DNA of 46,876 bases from an uncultured euryarchaeote (GTDB lineage Archaea; Thermoplasmatota; Thermoplasmata; UBA10834), in the NCBI GenBank assembly GCA_937872085.1, contig CALMQK010000294.1:1-46876 (forward strand). Direction: 5' to 3'. Under the pieces are notes generated by a model. It did no database searches. It had not been told where the DNA came from and worked only from the letters and a program-made list of their open reading frames with translations. Both the position numbers and the translations under genes were made by a program. Positions within the stretch are counted from its first letter, which is position 1; each line of letters opens with the position of its first letter. Below are positions 26,295-34,876 of the stretch, piece by piece.

Positions 26295-26301
26295 AATATA
26301 A
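26295..26301 (-). promoter_or_regulatory. Candidate TATA box for the ACT-cooT-cooC unit
   Basis: TTATATT on the minus strand, 43 nt upstream of the ATG at 26252, in a 240-bp AT-rich spacer. A purine-rich BRE-like AGGATAG lies just upstream. Confidence 0.4.
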
Positions 26302-26493
26302 CTATCCTACCCCAGCTTTTTTTCGAGTATGGACAAAGACCTGGCTCGAAAATGTTTCAAACGCGTCTTGCATTACCTGACAATCGTTAGCATGTCAAGC
26401 GGAGTCAATTGAATGATTTTTGAATTGTCGGACAAAAGGAGGAATAGAAAATGGTTTTGGAAATGATTTTGGTGACCCCCCCTTGGACACTCA

Positions 26494-27744
26494 CTACTTG
26501 TTGCCGTAGTACGCCATGAGACAGTCGTTCCAGGACGACTCTGCGATTAGGTCAAGCCCCACCTGAGTGTACACGAACTGCGCCTCCCAGGGGTAGCTGA
26601 CGCTGTTGTACTGCGCGAGCGAGGGCGGGAAGTTGATGTTTAGGCCGTGCACGCTGTCGCCGTACTTCTTGCTGTGGTCCTCCGCCAACAGCGCCGCGCT
26701 GAAGGTCGCCTCCCACTCCGTGATGGCCGCATCGAGCGCTCCGTCAATGCCTCTCAACCCGTCGAAGAAGGTCCACGCGTCCGGGCCCCACTCATAGCTC
26801 GCCATGTTGGTCCATGTCCCGACCAGCGCGTACCCTCTCGCGGCCGCTACCTGTTTCTTGTGGGCCTGTATCAGCGGTTCCAGCAGCGCCGTCATCTTGG
26901 CGAATGCGGGGCCCATGGCCGCGGTCTTGGACAAATCGAAGGCGGACATTGTCGCAAAGTCCTGTTGGTAGTTGTAGATGTGCTCGAAGTCCCACTTCGA
27001 GCCATAGTACGTTACGTAGTCATGCACGATCGTGGCCGACAGTTCCGTCGGGGTCATCCCCGGGTTGGCCATAAGCTTGGTTATCATCATCTGGTACGGG
27101 AACCCGTCGTACGGCACTGTGGTCTCCGAGGCGAGGAATATCGGCGCGACGTTCCTCAGCTCGTACGCCATCTCGACCGAGGCCATGTTACAGGCGTCGC
27201 ACGAGATTATGTCCACTCCCTTGCCCTTGTTCACCGTCTTGATGTCCGTCAGGGCTTGGGCGATCTGGTGGAGCGACATCAGCGTGTCTCCATTGGTCTC
27301 ATCCTCCAAAATGCCCCTCCACGAGTATCCATGGTCCTGGAGATCGAGCATGGTCTTCTTGGCCGGGAACTTGTCCATGCAGAACTGGACGAACTTCTGG
27401 AGCACCAATGGATCCGACGTGTTCATCTCGGGCCATGTCGCGACCAGCTTCCTCGCGCCACCCTCGAAATCGTATATCCACGTGCCATCGACGGACTTCA
27501 GGTCGATCAGCGCGACGATGTTCACGTTCGCGTTCGAGCTAAGGCTCTTCTCCCACGTGGACATCGCGAACTCGGTCGTGAACTCGAGGCTGTTGTCCGC
27601 GTCCCAGTACATCATCAAGGTCCATTCCTTGACCTGACTGGTCTTCCCACCGGGTCCCCCACCCATGACTCCTACGGGCAAGGCCAAGGCCACCGCGATC
27701 AACGCACATAGCGCACACTGTAACTTGCTCAATCTCAAACTCAT
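26494..27744 (-). CDS. Secreted clostripain-family (C11) cysteine peptidase
   Basis: Signal peptide MSLRLSKLQCALCALIAVALALPVGVMG. Catalytic-dyad contexts DLQDHGYSWRG (His) and IISCDACNMASVE (Cys). Start set at ATG 27744, preceded by GGGGAGGAAG. Confidence 0.8.
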   Translation of the reverse strand: MSLRLSKLQCALCALIAVALALPVGVMGGGPGGKTSQVKEWTLMMYWDADNSLEFTTEFAMSTWEKSLSSNANVNIVALIDLKSVDGTWIYDFEGGARKLVATWPEMNTSDPLVLQKFVQFCMDKFPAKKTMLDLQDHGYSWRGILEDETNGDTLMSLHQIAQALTDIKTVNKGKGVDIISCDACNMASVEMAYELRNVAPIFLASETTVPYDGFPYQMMITKLMANPGMTPTELSATIVHDYVTYYGSKWDFEHIYNYQQDFATMSAFDLSKTAAMGPAFAKMTALLEPLIQAHKKQVAAARGYALVGTWTNMASYEWGPDAWTFFDGLRGIDGALDAAITEWEATFSAALLAEDHSKKYGDSVHGLNINFPPSLAQYNSVSYPWEAQFVYTQVGLDLIAESSWNDCLMAYYGNK

Positions 27745-27855
27745 CTTCCTCCCCAGGGCTGGCGGGTGTATCGCGAGAAAGATGGATAATTCTTTCTCCC
27801 GGCAGCCGGGCCGCAACAGAATTATCCATGGAGGACATCCGATGAGCTGCGGTAC

Positions 27856-28632
27856 ATGACGGACTCACTGTCTTTCGACCGGATAGCGGACAAGTTCGAC
27901 GCGACCAGGTCGTACCCCGACGAGACCTGGAACGCGGTCATCGAGGCGATCGCGGGAGCGCTCGACAAGGACAAGCGGATCCTCGAGGCCGGCGTGGGAA
28001 CGGGACGGTTCGCCGGGCCGCTGCAGGCAAAAGGCTTCAACATCATGGGCGTCGACATCTCGGCCAGGATGCTCGAGAAGGCGAGGGAGAAGAAGGTCGA
28101 GAACCTGCTCGAGGCGGACCTGTGCGCGCTGCCTTTCAGGGACCATGTGTTCGCGCAGACGATAAGCGTTCATGTGCTGCACCTGATCAAGAGATGGAAG
28201 TGTGCCCTCGCGGAAATAGCGAGGGTGACGACGGACAAGTTCGTGTCCGTGGGCTTCATGAAAGAGGAATCTCCTGCCGAGGAGGTCCGTGACCTGTACG
28301 ACGAGGCATGCAAGCAGCTTGGATTCGCGGTCCACCACCCGGGCGTGCACGAGAGGGAACTGCCTGAGCTTCTTCCTCCCGATTCTGAGAAGCTGATAGC
28401 CACCCTGGAAAGACCGGTCGATGTCCAGAAGCTCATAGAAGATTACGAATCGAGGACTTACTCGCTCCAATGGTCCGTGCCGGATGACATCCACGCACAG
28501 GCGATCCAGGCCATGCGGGAGGCGTGCGAAGGTGTTGAGACAGTAATGGGGAAGGAGAGGATCGTCCTGCTCGTGTGGGACATGAAGCGCATCAGAAAAT
28601 TCTCGAAGGGTGAGGAGCCTTATCGGACTTGA
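27856..28632 (+). CDS. Class I SAM-dependent methyltransferase
   Basis: Motif I ILEAGVGTGRF followed by GVDIS, and motif post-II LPFRDHVFAQTISVHVLH. Confidence 0.8.
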   Translation: MTDSLSFDRIADKFDATRSYPDETWNAVIEAIAGALDKDKRILEAGVGTGRFAGPLQAKGFNIMGVDISARMLEKAREKKVENLLEADLCALPFRDHVFAQTISVHVLHLIKRWKCALAEIARVTTDKFVSVGFMKEESPAEEVRDLYDEACKQLGFAVHHPGVHERELPELLPPDSEKLIATLERPVDVQKLIEDYESRTYSLQWSVPDDIHAQAIQAMREACEGVETVMGKERIVLLVWDMKRIRKFSKGEEPYRT

Positions 28633-28729
28633 CCCTACTTTCGCCTGCCCGTAGCGCATCCATTTATATGCCGAGTGAGAATTGCCAGACAAGCAGCACA
28701 GAAGGGAAACGGCTGCGGAGGGGCTTATC

Positions 28730-30049
28730 ATGGAAATTGAAAAGCTAGCGCCCCATATCGAAGAGATCTCCAGGGCGCTCGGGGGTAAGTTGTCGGATGA
28801 ACAGATAGCTGAGGAGCTTCAGAAGTACGTCGATGTCTACAAGCTCAGCATACCGGTGGCCAAGAAGACCATCGTCAAGAAGCACGGAGGGGACGCGAGC
28901 GAGGTCTCGGCTGGTTTCCAGAGGAAGCTGGTGGAGCTGAGACCGAGCGACCCGAACGTGGACTTCGTCGCGAAGGTCCTATCGGCGAACACCAAGGAGA
29001 TCACGGTGAAGGGGGAGAAGAAGAGCATCATCTACGGGTTCCTGGGCGATGACACCACCACTCTGCCGTACACGGCATGGGAGATCGAGGACCTCACACT
29101 CCAGAAGGGCGAGGTGATCTCCGTGCGGGGAGCGTACACGAAGGAGTATCAGGGCAGGGTCCAGGTGAACTTCGGGAACAGGGTCTCGATAAAGAAGGAG
29201 GATCCCTCCGTCATCGGGGACATACAGATCGCTCAGGGGCCTCCGAAAATCGTCACCGTGAGCCAGCTCAGGGAATCGATGGGCTTCGTGGAGATCAAGG
29301 GACGCATCCTGTCCGTCGACTCGCGCGAGGTCAGCGTCCAAGGGCAGGCGAAGAACGTGTGGTCCGGCATCATCGCTGACGAGACGGGGAAGGCCCAGTT
29401 CAGCGCTTGGTCGGATTTCAAGCTCAAACCGGGCGATGTCGTCAGGATCTCCAAGGCCACCGTGAAGGCATGGCGCGGCATCCCCCAGCTGACGTTCGAT
29501 GACCGTGCGGATCTCACGAAGGTCATGGAGAAGTTCCCATCGGCGGAAGAGCTCCAACAGACCGGCGTCAGCATGGTCTCGGAGATCGCGGCCATGGGAG
29601 GTGCAGCCGATGTCACCGTCCGGGGCGTGCTCGTGGAGATCAGGGAAGGCTCCGGACTCATCATGCGCTGCCCGGAGTGCAAGCGCGCGCTCCAGAAAGG
29701 CACCTGCAAGATACACGGACGGGTGGAGGGATTCCCGGACCTGAGGATCAAGGCCATGCTCGATGACGGGAGCGGGGCGGTCGGCGTGGTGATGAACCGC
29801 GAGCTGACCGAGAGATTGATGAACATCACCCTGGACGAATCTATGCAGAAGGCGAAGGAGTCGATGAACTTCGACGTCGTCAAGGACGCGATGGACGACT
29901 CGCTCACGCTCAAGCTCGTGACCGCTTCGGGATCCATCACTTCGGACCAGTACGGCCTCTCGATGATCGTCAAGGACGCTCAGATGGCCAAGGTGGACGT
30001 GAAGGAGGAGGCCGAGAGGGTCCTGGTGGAGCTGGAGGCGCAGGAATGA
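28730..30049 (+). CDS. rpa: Replication protein A (archaeal ssDNA-binding protein; multiple OB folds plus a zinc finger)
   Basis: Repeated OB-fold-like segments and the Zn motif CPECKRALQKGTCKIHG. ATG at 28730 with GGAGGGG 6 nt upstream. Confidence 0.8.
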   Translation: MEIEKLAPHIEEISRALGGKLSDEQIAEELQKYVDVYKLSIPVAKKTIVKKHGGDASEVSAGFQRKLVELRPSDPNVDFVAKVLSANTKEITVKGEKKSIIYGFLGDDTTTLPYTAWEIEDLTLQKGEVISVRGAYTKEYQGRVQVNFGNRVSIKKEDPSVIGDIQIAQGPPKIVTVSQLRESMGFVEIKGRILSVDSREVSVQGQAKNVWSGIIADETGKAQFSAWSDFKLKPGDVVRISKATVKAWRGIPQLTFDDRADLTKVMEKFPSAEELQQTGVSMVSEIAAMGGAADVTVRGVLVEIREGSGLIMRCPECKRALQKGTCKIHGRVEGFPDLRIKAMLDDGSGAVGVVMNRELTERLMNITLDESMQKAKESMNFDVVKDAMDDSLTLKLVTASGSITSDQYGLSMIVKDAQMAKVDVKEEAERVLVELEAQE

Positions 30050-30981
30050 ACGTCCGGGAAGTGGCCTGGAGGGTCTTCGCCGAGGAGTACAACTCCTCCA
30101 TGCTGGAACATTCCGGAGAGGGCGAGAAACCCGTCTCATACATCATCACGCCCCTTGGCGCCAAGGTGAACCGTATGCTCGTGGTCGGCGTGGTCACGGA
30201 CATCGAGGACATAGGCGAGGAGGGGAAACAGAGATACAGGGCGAGGATTACGGACCCCACCGGCATGTTCTACGTGTCCGCGGGCGAGTACCAGCCCTCA
30301 GCTGCGATTTCCCTATCCAAGATGTCCCCACCCGCTTTCGCGGCGGTGGTCGGCAAGAGCAGGGCCTACACGCCCGAGGAGGGCGTCACGTACCTCAGCA
30401 TCAGGCCCGAGAGGATCCGCGAGGTGGATGCCGAGGCGAGGGACTACTGGATCCTGGAGACTGCGAAGAGCACGCTGCTCAGGATCGAGGCCGTCGAGGA
30501 AGGGCTGAACATGTCCCCACCGACGGTCGGTGGCCTGATGAAGCTGGGCTATCCTGAGAACCTTGCGGACGGCGTCGTCCGCGCGATAGATTTCTACAAG
30601 GACATCGACACGGACCGCTTCCGGGGTGCCGTCAGGGACGCGCTGAGGTCCATCCTGCCCGAGACGAAGGAGAGGCCTCGAGCGGAAAAGGCACCGTTGA
30701 AGTCGAAGTCGAAGAAGGCTAGGGCTGCCCCGAAGGAGGAACCCCGGGAGACGAAGGAGGAGGAGCTCCACGAGGTCGGCGTCGGAACGGACGAAGAGGA
30801 CATGGTGCTCAAGCTCATGGAATCCCTCGATTCGGGCGCTAGGGGGACGCCCTGGGACAAGATCGTGGAGGCCGCCAAGGCGAAGAAGATCGACAAGGTC
30901 CGGCTCGAGGAGATCATGGCCAAGCTGCTGGACAAGGGAGAGATATACGAGCCAGAGCTAGGCATGATGAAGAGGATCTGA
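30046..30981 (+). CDS. RPA-associated OB-fold protein (COG3390-like) with an acidic/basic linker and a winged-helix-like C-terminus
   Basis: The ATG overlaps the rpa stop (ATGA). N-terminal pattern FAEEYN...YIITPLGAKVNRMLVVGVVTD...YRARITDPTG is typical of archaeal Rpa-associated proteins. Confidence 0.65.
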   Translation: MNVREVAWRVFAEEYNSSMLEHSGEGEKPVSYIITPLGAKVNRMLVVGVVTDIEDIGEEGKQRYRARITDPTGMFYVSAGEYQPSAAISLSKMSPPAFAAVVGKSRAYTPEEGVTYLSIRPERIREVDAEARDYWILETAKSTLLRIEAVEEGLNMSPPTVGGLMKLGYPENLADGVVRAIDFYKDIDTDRFRGAVRDALRSILPETKERPRAEKAPLKSKSKKARAAPKEEPRETKEEELHEVGVGTDEEDMVLKLMESLDSGARGTPWDKIVEAAKAKKIDKVRLEEIMAKLLDKGEIYEPELGMMKRI

Positions 30982-31023
30982 GAGAAAAGAACCAAGGGAA
31001 AGGGTTTATTCAAGCCGAGTCGT

Positions 31024-31464
31024 TCAGTTGGTGAACTCGTCCTTCGACACCGCGATCAGTATCAGTCCGATCAGCCCAAGGATTGATGGAACGGTGAATA
31101 TCCCACCTATGAGGGCAAGTGCGAAGTTCTTCCTTTGGATGGCGAATATTCCCCCTAGGAGGGCTATTATGCCCAGGACCAAGATGATGGCGCCACAAGC
31201 CACTCCAAAGCCTCCCCCAAATCCCATGAAGAACGAGCTCCCGGCAGCTATGACCCCTCCGGCTATTAGATAGAGGATGCCGACGATCAGCACCAGCACT
31301 CCGCCGATGACTGGCATCGCTGATTCCTTCTTCTGCTGTTGCTGCGGCCCCATCATCGCCACTCGGTAGTCATGGCCACAGTACGGGCAGACGTTCGCAT
31401 CCCACGAGAAGGCTCTCCCGCAGGAAACGCAGTTCCTCGTGCTTTGGGCTCCTGAAGATTGCAT
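31024..31464 (-). CDS. Zinc-ribbon membrane protein (paralog 1)
   Basis: N-terminal CVSCGRAFSWDANVCPYCGHDY zinc ribbon, followed by 3-4 Gly-rich TM helices. Confidence 0.6.
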   Translation of the reverse strand: MQSSGAQSTRNCVSCGRAFSWDANVCPYCGHDYRVAMMGPQQQQKKESAMPVIGGVLVLIVGILYLIAGGVIAAGSSFFMGFGGGFGVACGAIILVLGIIALLGGIFAIQRKNFALALIGGIFTVPSILGLIGLILIAVSKDEFTN

Positions 31465-31602
31465 CCTTTACATCTCCTCTTCTTGGCCGGTGACCCCGGC
31501 CCCCGAGCGATATGGGGCTAAGCATTGAAAATGATTGCCATCTTGGATACATAAATGAAGATGAGAAATGGTTTCAGGGGTTTCCGCAAGGCTCGAGCGA
31601 GC

Positions 31603-32097
31603 TCAGTCGAAGTCCTTCTTCGCGACGGCGACCAGGATCAAGCCAACCAAGGCGAGCAGGCTTGCCAACCCATACGGTCCGATTGTGAACAGCCCAAGCA
31701 CGCCGCCAAGTATGACGAGGCCGAAGTGTTGCCGTCTTACCCCAAAGTACCCGCCCACGACTGCGATCAGCCCGAGGATGATGAATATCGCTCCGCAGAC
31801 CATCAGTATGTTGTGGATGGTATCCCCCACGCCACTGATGGAACCTAGACCAAACTGGTCTAAGTCGCTCGTGTTTATGGCCAGGAGTAGTCCGCCGATC
31901 GCTAGTCCTGTTATCCCGGAGATGAGTATCATTATGCCGCCCACCAACGACAGCATCCCCTTCTCATGTGGAGCCGCTGCCGGGCCCGCCATAACGGCCC
32001 TGTAGTCGTGCCCGCAGTACGGGCACACGTTCGCATCGAAGGCTATCGATCTTCCACACTTCACACAATTCCTAGTAGTCCCACCTGCGCTTGTCAT
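31603..32097 (-). CDS. Zinc-ribbon membrane protein (paralog 2)
   Basis: CVKCGRSIAFDANVCPYCGHDY plus Gly-rich TM helices. Same architecture as 31024-31464. Confidence 0.6.
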   Translation of the reverse strand: MTSAGGTTRNCVKCGRSIAFDANVCPYCGHDYRAVMAGPAAAPHEKGMLSLVGGIMILISGITGLAIGGLLLAINTSDLDQFGLGSISGVGDTIHNILMVCGAIFIILGLIAVVGGYFGVRRQHFGLVILGGVLGLFTIGPYGLASLLALVGLILVAVAKKDFD

Positions 32098-32227
32098 CTT
32101 ACACCTTCCGCTAGGGAGAAGAGAGAGCTACGCATTCCAGCGCCCATCCCTTCTGCTGCATACTGAATGGGCTGGTCATATTATTTAACATTCTGTATTT
32201 TTGACGCTTCCGGCCAGCAAAACGGCC

Positions 32228-32815
32228 TCAGACCACGCTTTTCTCGGGTATTGGCAGGGCGGGGGTGGGCTTGGGTCTGGGCTTGTCGTCCTTGAAAGCG
32301 AATATGAAATGAGCCAGGAGCATGGCGCACACTACTCCAGCTATGATGCCCGTTGCGAATCGGAGAGGGTTGTTCGATTCGTAGCTCGTGACGAGCTGCA
32401 GCCCGCCATCGATCCCGATGGGGACGAGGCCCAGGACCGCGAGCACGGGGTGTATCTTGTAGCGCACGAACAGGAGCGCTCCGAATCCCAGAACCAAGCC
32501 GAGGAACAACCCGGCGTCTCTCGAGCAGAATGGCATCTCATTGCCGTTGATGTAGTAGCTCCTCTCGGCTATCTGATGGCACTCTCCATCTCCGATCCAG
32601 TAGACCGCGTGCGGCAATGGGGACAAGCTCGCGAACTGGGCGTCGTTATCGTGGTAACCGACCCTGCCCGAAAGGTCCAGAAGTGTGTGAGAAGGCACCA
32701 TTAGAGGCGCGGTCACTACGAGCGCGAACCAGACGAGGCTGAAAACGAAGGCTATGAGGATCCCGTAGGAGGTGAGCTTCGGCAGGTTCATCGCCCACTG
32801 GAGCGAGGCTGGCAT
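32228..32815 (-). CDS. DUF2085-like membrane protein
   Basis: ECHQIAERS....MPFCSRDAGLFLG pattern with 4-5 TM helices. Start set at ATG 32815, just after the upstream gene's stop. Confidence 0.55.
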   Translation of the reverse strand: MPASLQWAMNLPKLTSYGILIAFVFSLVWFALVVTAPLMVPSHTLLDLSGRVGYHDNDAQFASLSPLPHAVYWIGDGECHQIAERSYYINGNEMPFCSRDAGLFLGLVLGFGALLFVRYKIHPVLAVLGLVPIGIDGGLQLVTSYESNNPLRFATGIIAGVVCAMLLAHFIFAFKDDKPRPKPTPALPIPEKSVV

Positions 32816-32820
32816 TAAAG

Positions 32821-33648
32821 TCACTTCCCTATTACAACGGCGGCGTAGCCCACAACTTCGCGCATGGGGGACACATCCCCGGATGTGGCATACTTGAGCA
32901 AGGTGGCAGTGCCACCAAGACATGCGGTTATCGTCACGATGACCGGACCGTGCCCGCACATAGAGATGTTGTTCTCCTCGACTGCCCTGAAGACCGACTT
33001 CGCATCCATCGCCTTGATCGCGTCCAGCACCATCGCGTCTTTCTTCTTCGCTACGTCCTTAGGGACGTAGTGCGAGAGATCTGTCGACGCGATGACGACC
33101 ACGTCCTTTCCCTTTATCGCGCCCTTGATCGTCTTGCCCAATGAGACCGCGGAATCGTAATCCTGGAAGCCCATGCAGATGGGCACGAGCTTGAAATCGT
33201 TGGAGAAGTACTGAAGGAACGGGAGCTGTACCTCGATCGAGTGCTCGTATCGATGCGCCTCCGCGTCCTCGTCCACGATATCCCGCCGCACCTCCTTGGC
33301 GAGCTCACGGTCGACATGCACGATCCCGAGGGGGGTCTGAAAATCATCGGTAGCGATTGCGAGACCTGAACCTCTACCAGTATGATTCGGTCCGATGATG
33401 ATGAAGGTCTTGGGAAAGCCGTCCTCCGCGAGTCGCCCGTACAGATTGGCTGCCACCGCCCCGGAGTACATGTACCCTGCGTGCGGGACCACCCCACCGA
33501 GTATCGACCGCCTCCCTTTGGCAAGGGCGGGTAACTTCCCTGGTCCGAGCGGGTCCATGAAGCATTTCTCTATCTGGCCTCTCAAGGCCGCCTCATCGGC
33601 GGCATAGAACTGACCTGCGACCGTAGGATGTCTCATTGGCTTCCGCAC
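32821..33648 (-). CDS. MEMO1-family protein (AmmeMemoRadiSam system protein B)
   Basis: HPTVAGQFY N-terminus, VPHAGYMYSG, GPNHTG and DLSHY motifs. Confidence 0.85.
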   Translation of the reverse strand: MRKPMRHPTVAGQFYAADEAALRGQIEKCFMDPLGPGKLPALAKGRRSILGGVVPHAGYMYSGAVAANLYGRLAEDGFPKTFIIIGPNHTGRGSGLAIATDDFQTPLGIVHVDRELAKEVRRDIVDEDAEAHRYEHSIEVQLPFLQYFSNDFKLVPICMGFQDYDSAVSLGKTIKGAIKGKDVVVIASTDLSHYVPKDVAKKKDAMVLDAIKAMDAKSVFRAVEENNISMCGHGPVIVTITACLGGTATLLKYATSGDVSPMREVVGYAAVVIGK

Positions 33649-33717
33649 CCTAGGCTGCGCATGTCAATCGATAAGCAATAGCCTTTCGGAGGGACGGTTT
33701 TACGCCGGCGCTCACGA

Positions 33718-34353
33718 CTAGAGTGATGCCTCGAACTCGTCGACGGTCATCTTGAAGTCCTCGTCCGATGCCAGCTGACCTCTCGCTTTCAGGACCTCCC
33801 TGGTGAGGAGCCAGTAGATGGTCGCGAGCGCGCGCCTGCCCTTGTTGTTTGATGGTATGACGAGGTCGACGTACTTCGTCTCGTTGTTGGCGTCGCAGAT
33901 GCCGATGATAGGTATCCCCACATTCTGCCCTTCCCTGAGCGCCTGCTCGTCGGCCGCGGGATCCGTGACGATGAGCAGCTCCGGTTCGGTGAACTTCGGA
34001 AGGATCGGATTGGTCAGCGAACCAGGGACGAACCTGCCCGCGACAACCATCGCGCCTATGCTCTTTCCGAAGACCTTCGCCGGCTTCTGGCCGTACTGCC
34101 TGGCGGAGACGATGAGTATCTTCGGGGGATCGAACCTCGCGATGAACTTCGCTGCGATGCGAATCCTCTCGTCGGTCTTCTTCACATCCAGGACATAGAG
34201 TCCGTCCGTCCTGACCTTGAAAATGAACTCCTTCATGTCGGCGCTCTTCTGCTGAGTGCCGATGTGTACTCCGGATGTGAGGTAGATGTCCTCTGGGATA
34301 AGTAGTCCGGAACCCGGCTCGGTCCGCGTTTGTGTGTCAATCGCCTCGTCCAT
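33718..34353 (-). CDS. rps2: 30S ribosomal protein uS2 (archaeal type)
   Basis: [32 protein letters not shown] and IPIIGICD motifs. Confidence 0.9.
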   Translation of the reverse strand: MDEAIDTQTRTEPGSGLLIPEDIYLTSGVHIGTQQKSADMKEFIFKVRTDGLYVLDVKKTDERIRIAAKFIARFDPPKILIVSARQYGQKPAKVFGKSIGAMVVAGRFVPGSLTNPILPKFTEPELLIVTDPAADEQALREGQNVGIPIIGICDANNETKYVDLVIPSNNKGRRALATIYWLLTREVLKARGQLASDEDFKMTVDEFEASL

Positions 34354-34362
34354 CTGTACCCC

Positions 34363-34620
34363 TCAGGTTTCTCTCTTGACTGTCATCGGGATGACGCCCT
34401 TCTCGTACTCCATTATGGAGATGGTGATCGGGTCGATGATGTCCTCGGAGGCCTCGATGAGTATGGGGGCGCCGAGGCTTATCTGAAGCGCTCGCGCGCC
34501 TATGATCCTAGCCTTCTCAAAGCGAGTGTACTTCAAATCCGCATCCTCTCTGTCGTGGAGGTATCCCCTAAAATGTGGCCCCTTTATATACGTTTGGGGC
34601 GCGGACGCGATCTTCTCCAT
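34363..34620 (-). CDS. rpoK: DNA-directed RNA polymerase subunit K (Rpo6)
   Basis: YTRFEKARIIGARALQISLGAP core motif. ATG at 34620 preferred over the TTG at 34638. Directly upstream of rps2, as in many archaea. Confidence 0.8.
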   Translation of the reverse strand: MEKIASAPQTYIKGPHFRGYLHDREDADLKYTRFEKARIIGARALQISLGAPILIEASEDIIDPITISIMEYEKGVIPMTVKRET

Positions 34621-34661
34621 CGGAGATTCGCGCAGCAATGAAAGGCTTCAGTCGCTCCCAA

Positions 34662-34669
34662 CATATATT
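34662..34669 (-). promoter_or_regulatory. Candidate TATA box for rpoK-rps2
   Basis: AATATATG on the minus strand, 42-49 nt upstream of the ATG at 34620. It is part of a strongly AT-rich divergent spacer (34660-34700) that also carries TTAAATATATAATTATAA on the plus strand. Confidence 0.35.
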
Positions 34670-34876
34670 CACGCGTTAAATATATAATTATAACCATATG
34701 TTGTTCTAGATTGCGTGAGCTCATGCCGAGCTGAGATGCCGGAACCCCCCGCGGCCAGTAATTCCTATCCGGTTATCGTACCTGCATGTTCGAAATCGGC
34801 CTATTTCGGGACCGAAGATCACCGTTCTTCCACAACTGATTTATCGCGATGTTGCTTCTCGAATGACCACAGAGGG

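Noticed and set aside
31370-32040. CPYCGH in the zinc-ribbon proteins considered as possible CXXCH haem sites
   Set aside because: The motif is C-x2-C-G-H, so the His is not adjacent to the second Cys. It is paired with an upstream CxxC in a cytoplasmic N-terminal position without a signal peptide, which makes it a classic zinc ribbon rather than a haem c site.
34715-34876. N-terminal extensions offered by the ORF track: aminotransferase from GTG 34715, PurP from 6814, peptidase from 27816, DUF2085 from 32959, EF-Tu-like from 44163, RPA from 28682, and rpoK from TTG 34638
   Set aside because: The extensions have no counterpart in the recognised families and are often Cys/Arg/Ser-rich. They lack ribosome-binding sites or overlap upstream genes or promoters. 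Internal ATGs with SD-like or TATA elements give family-typical N-termini.
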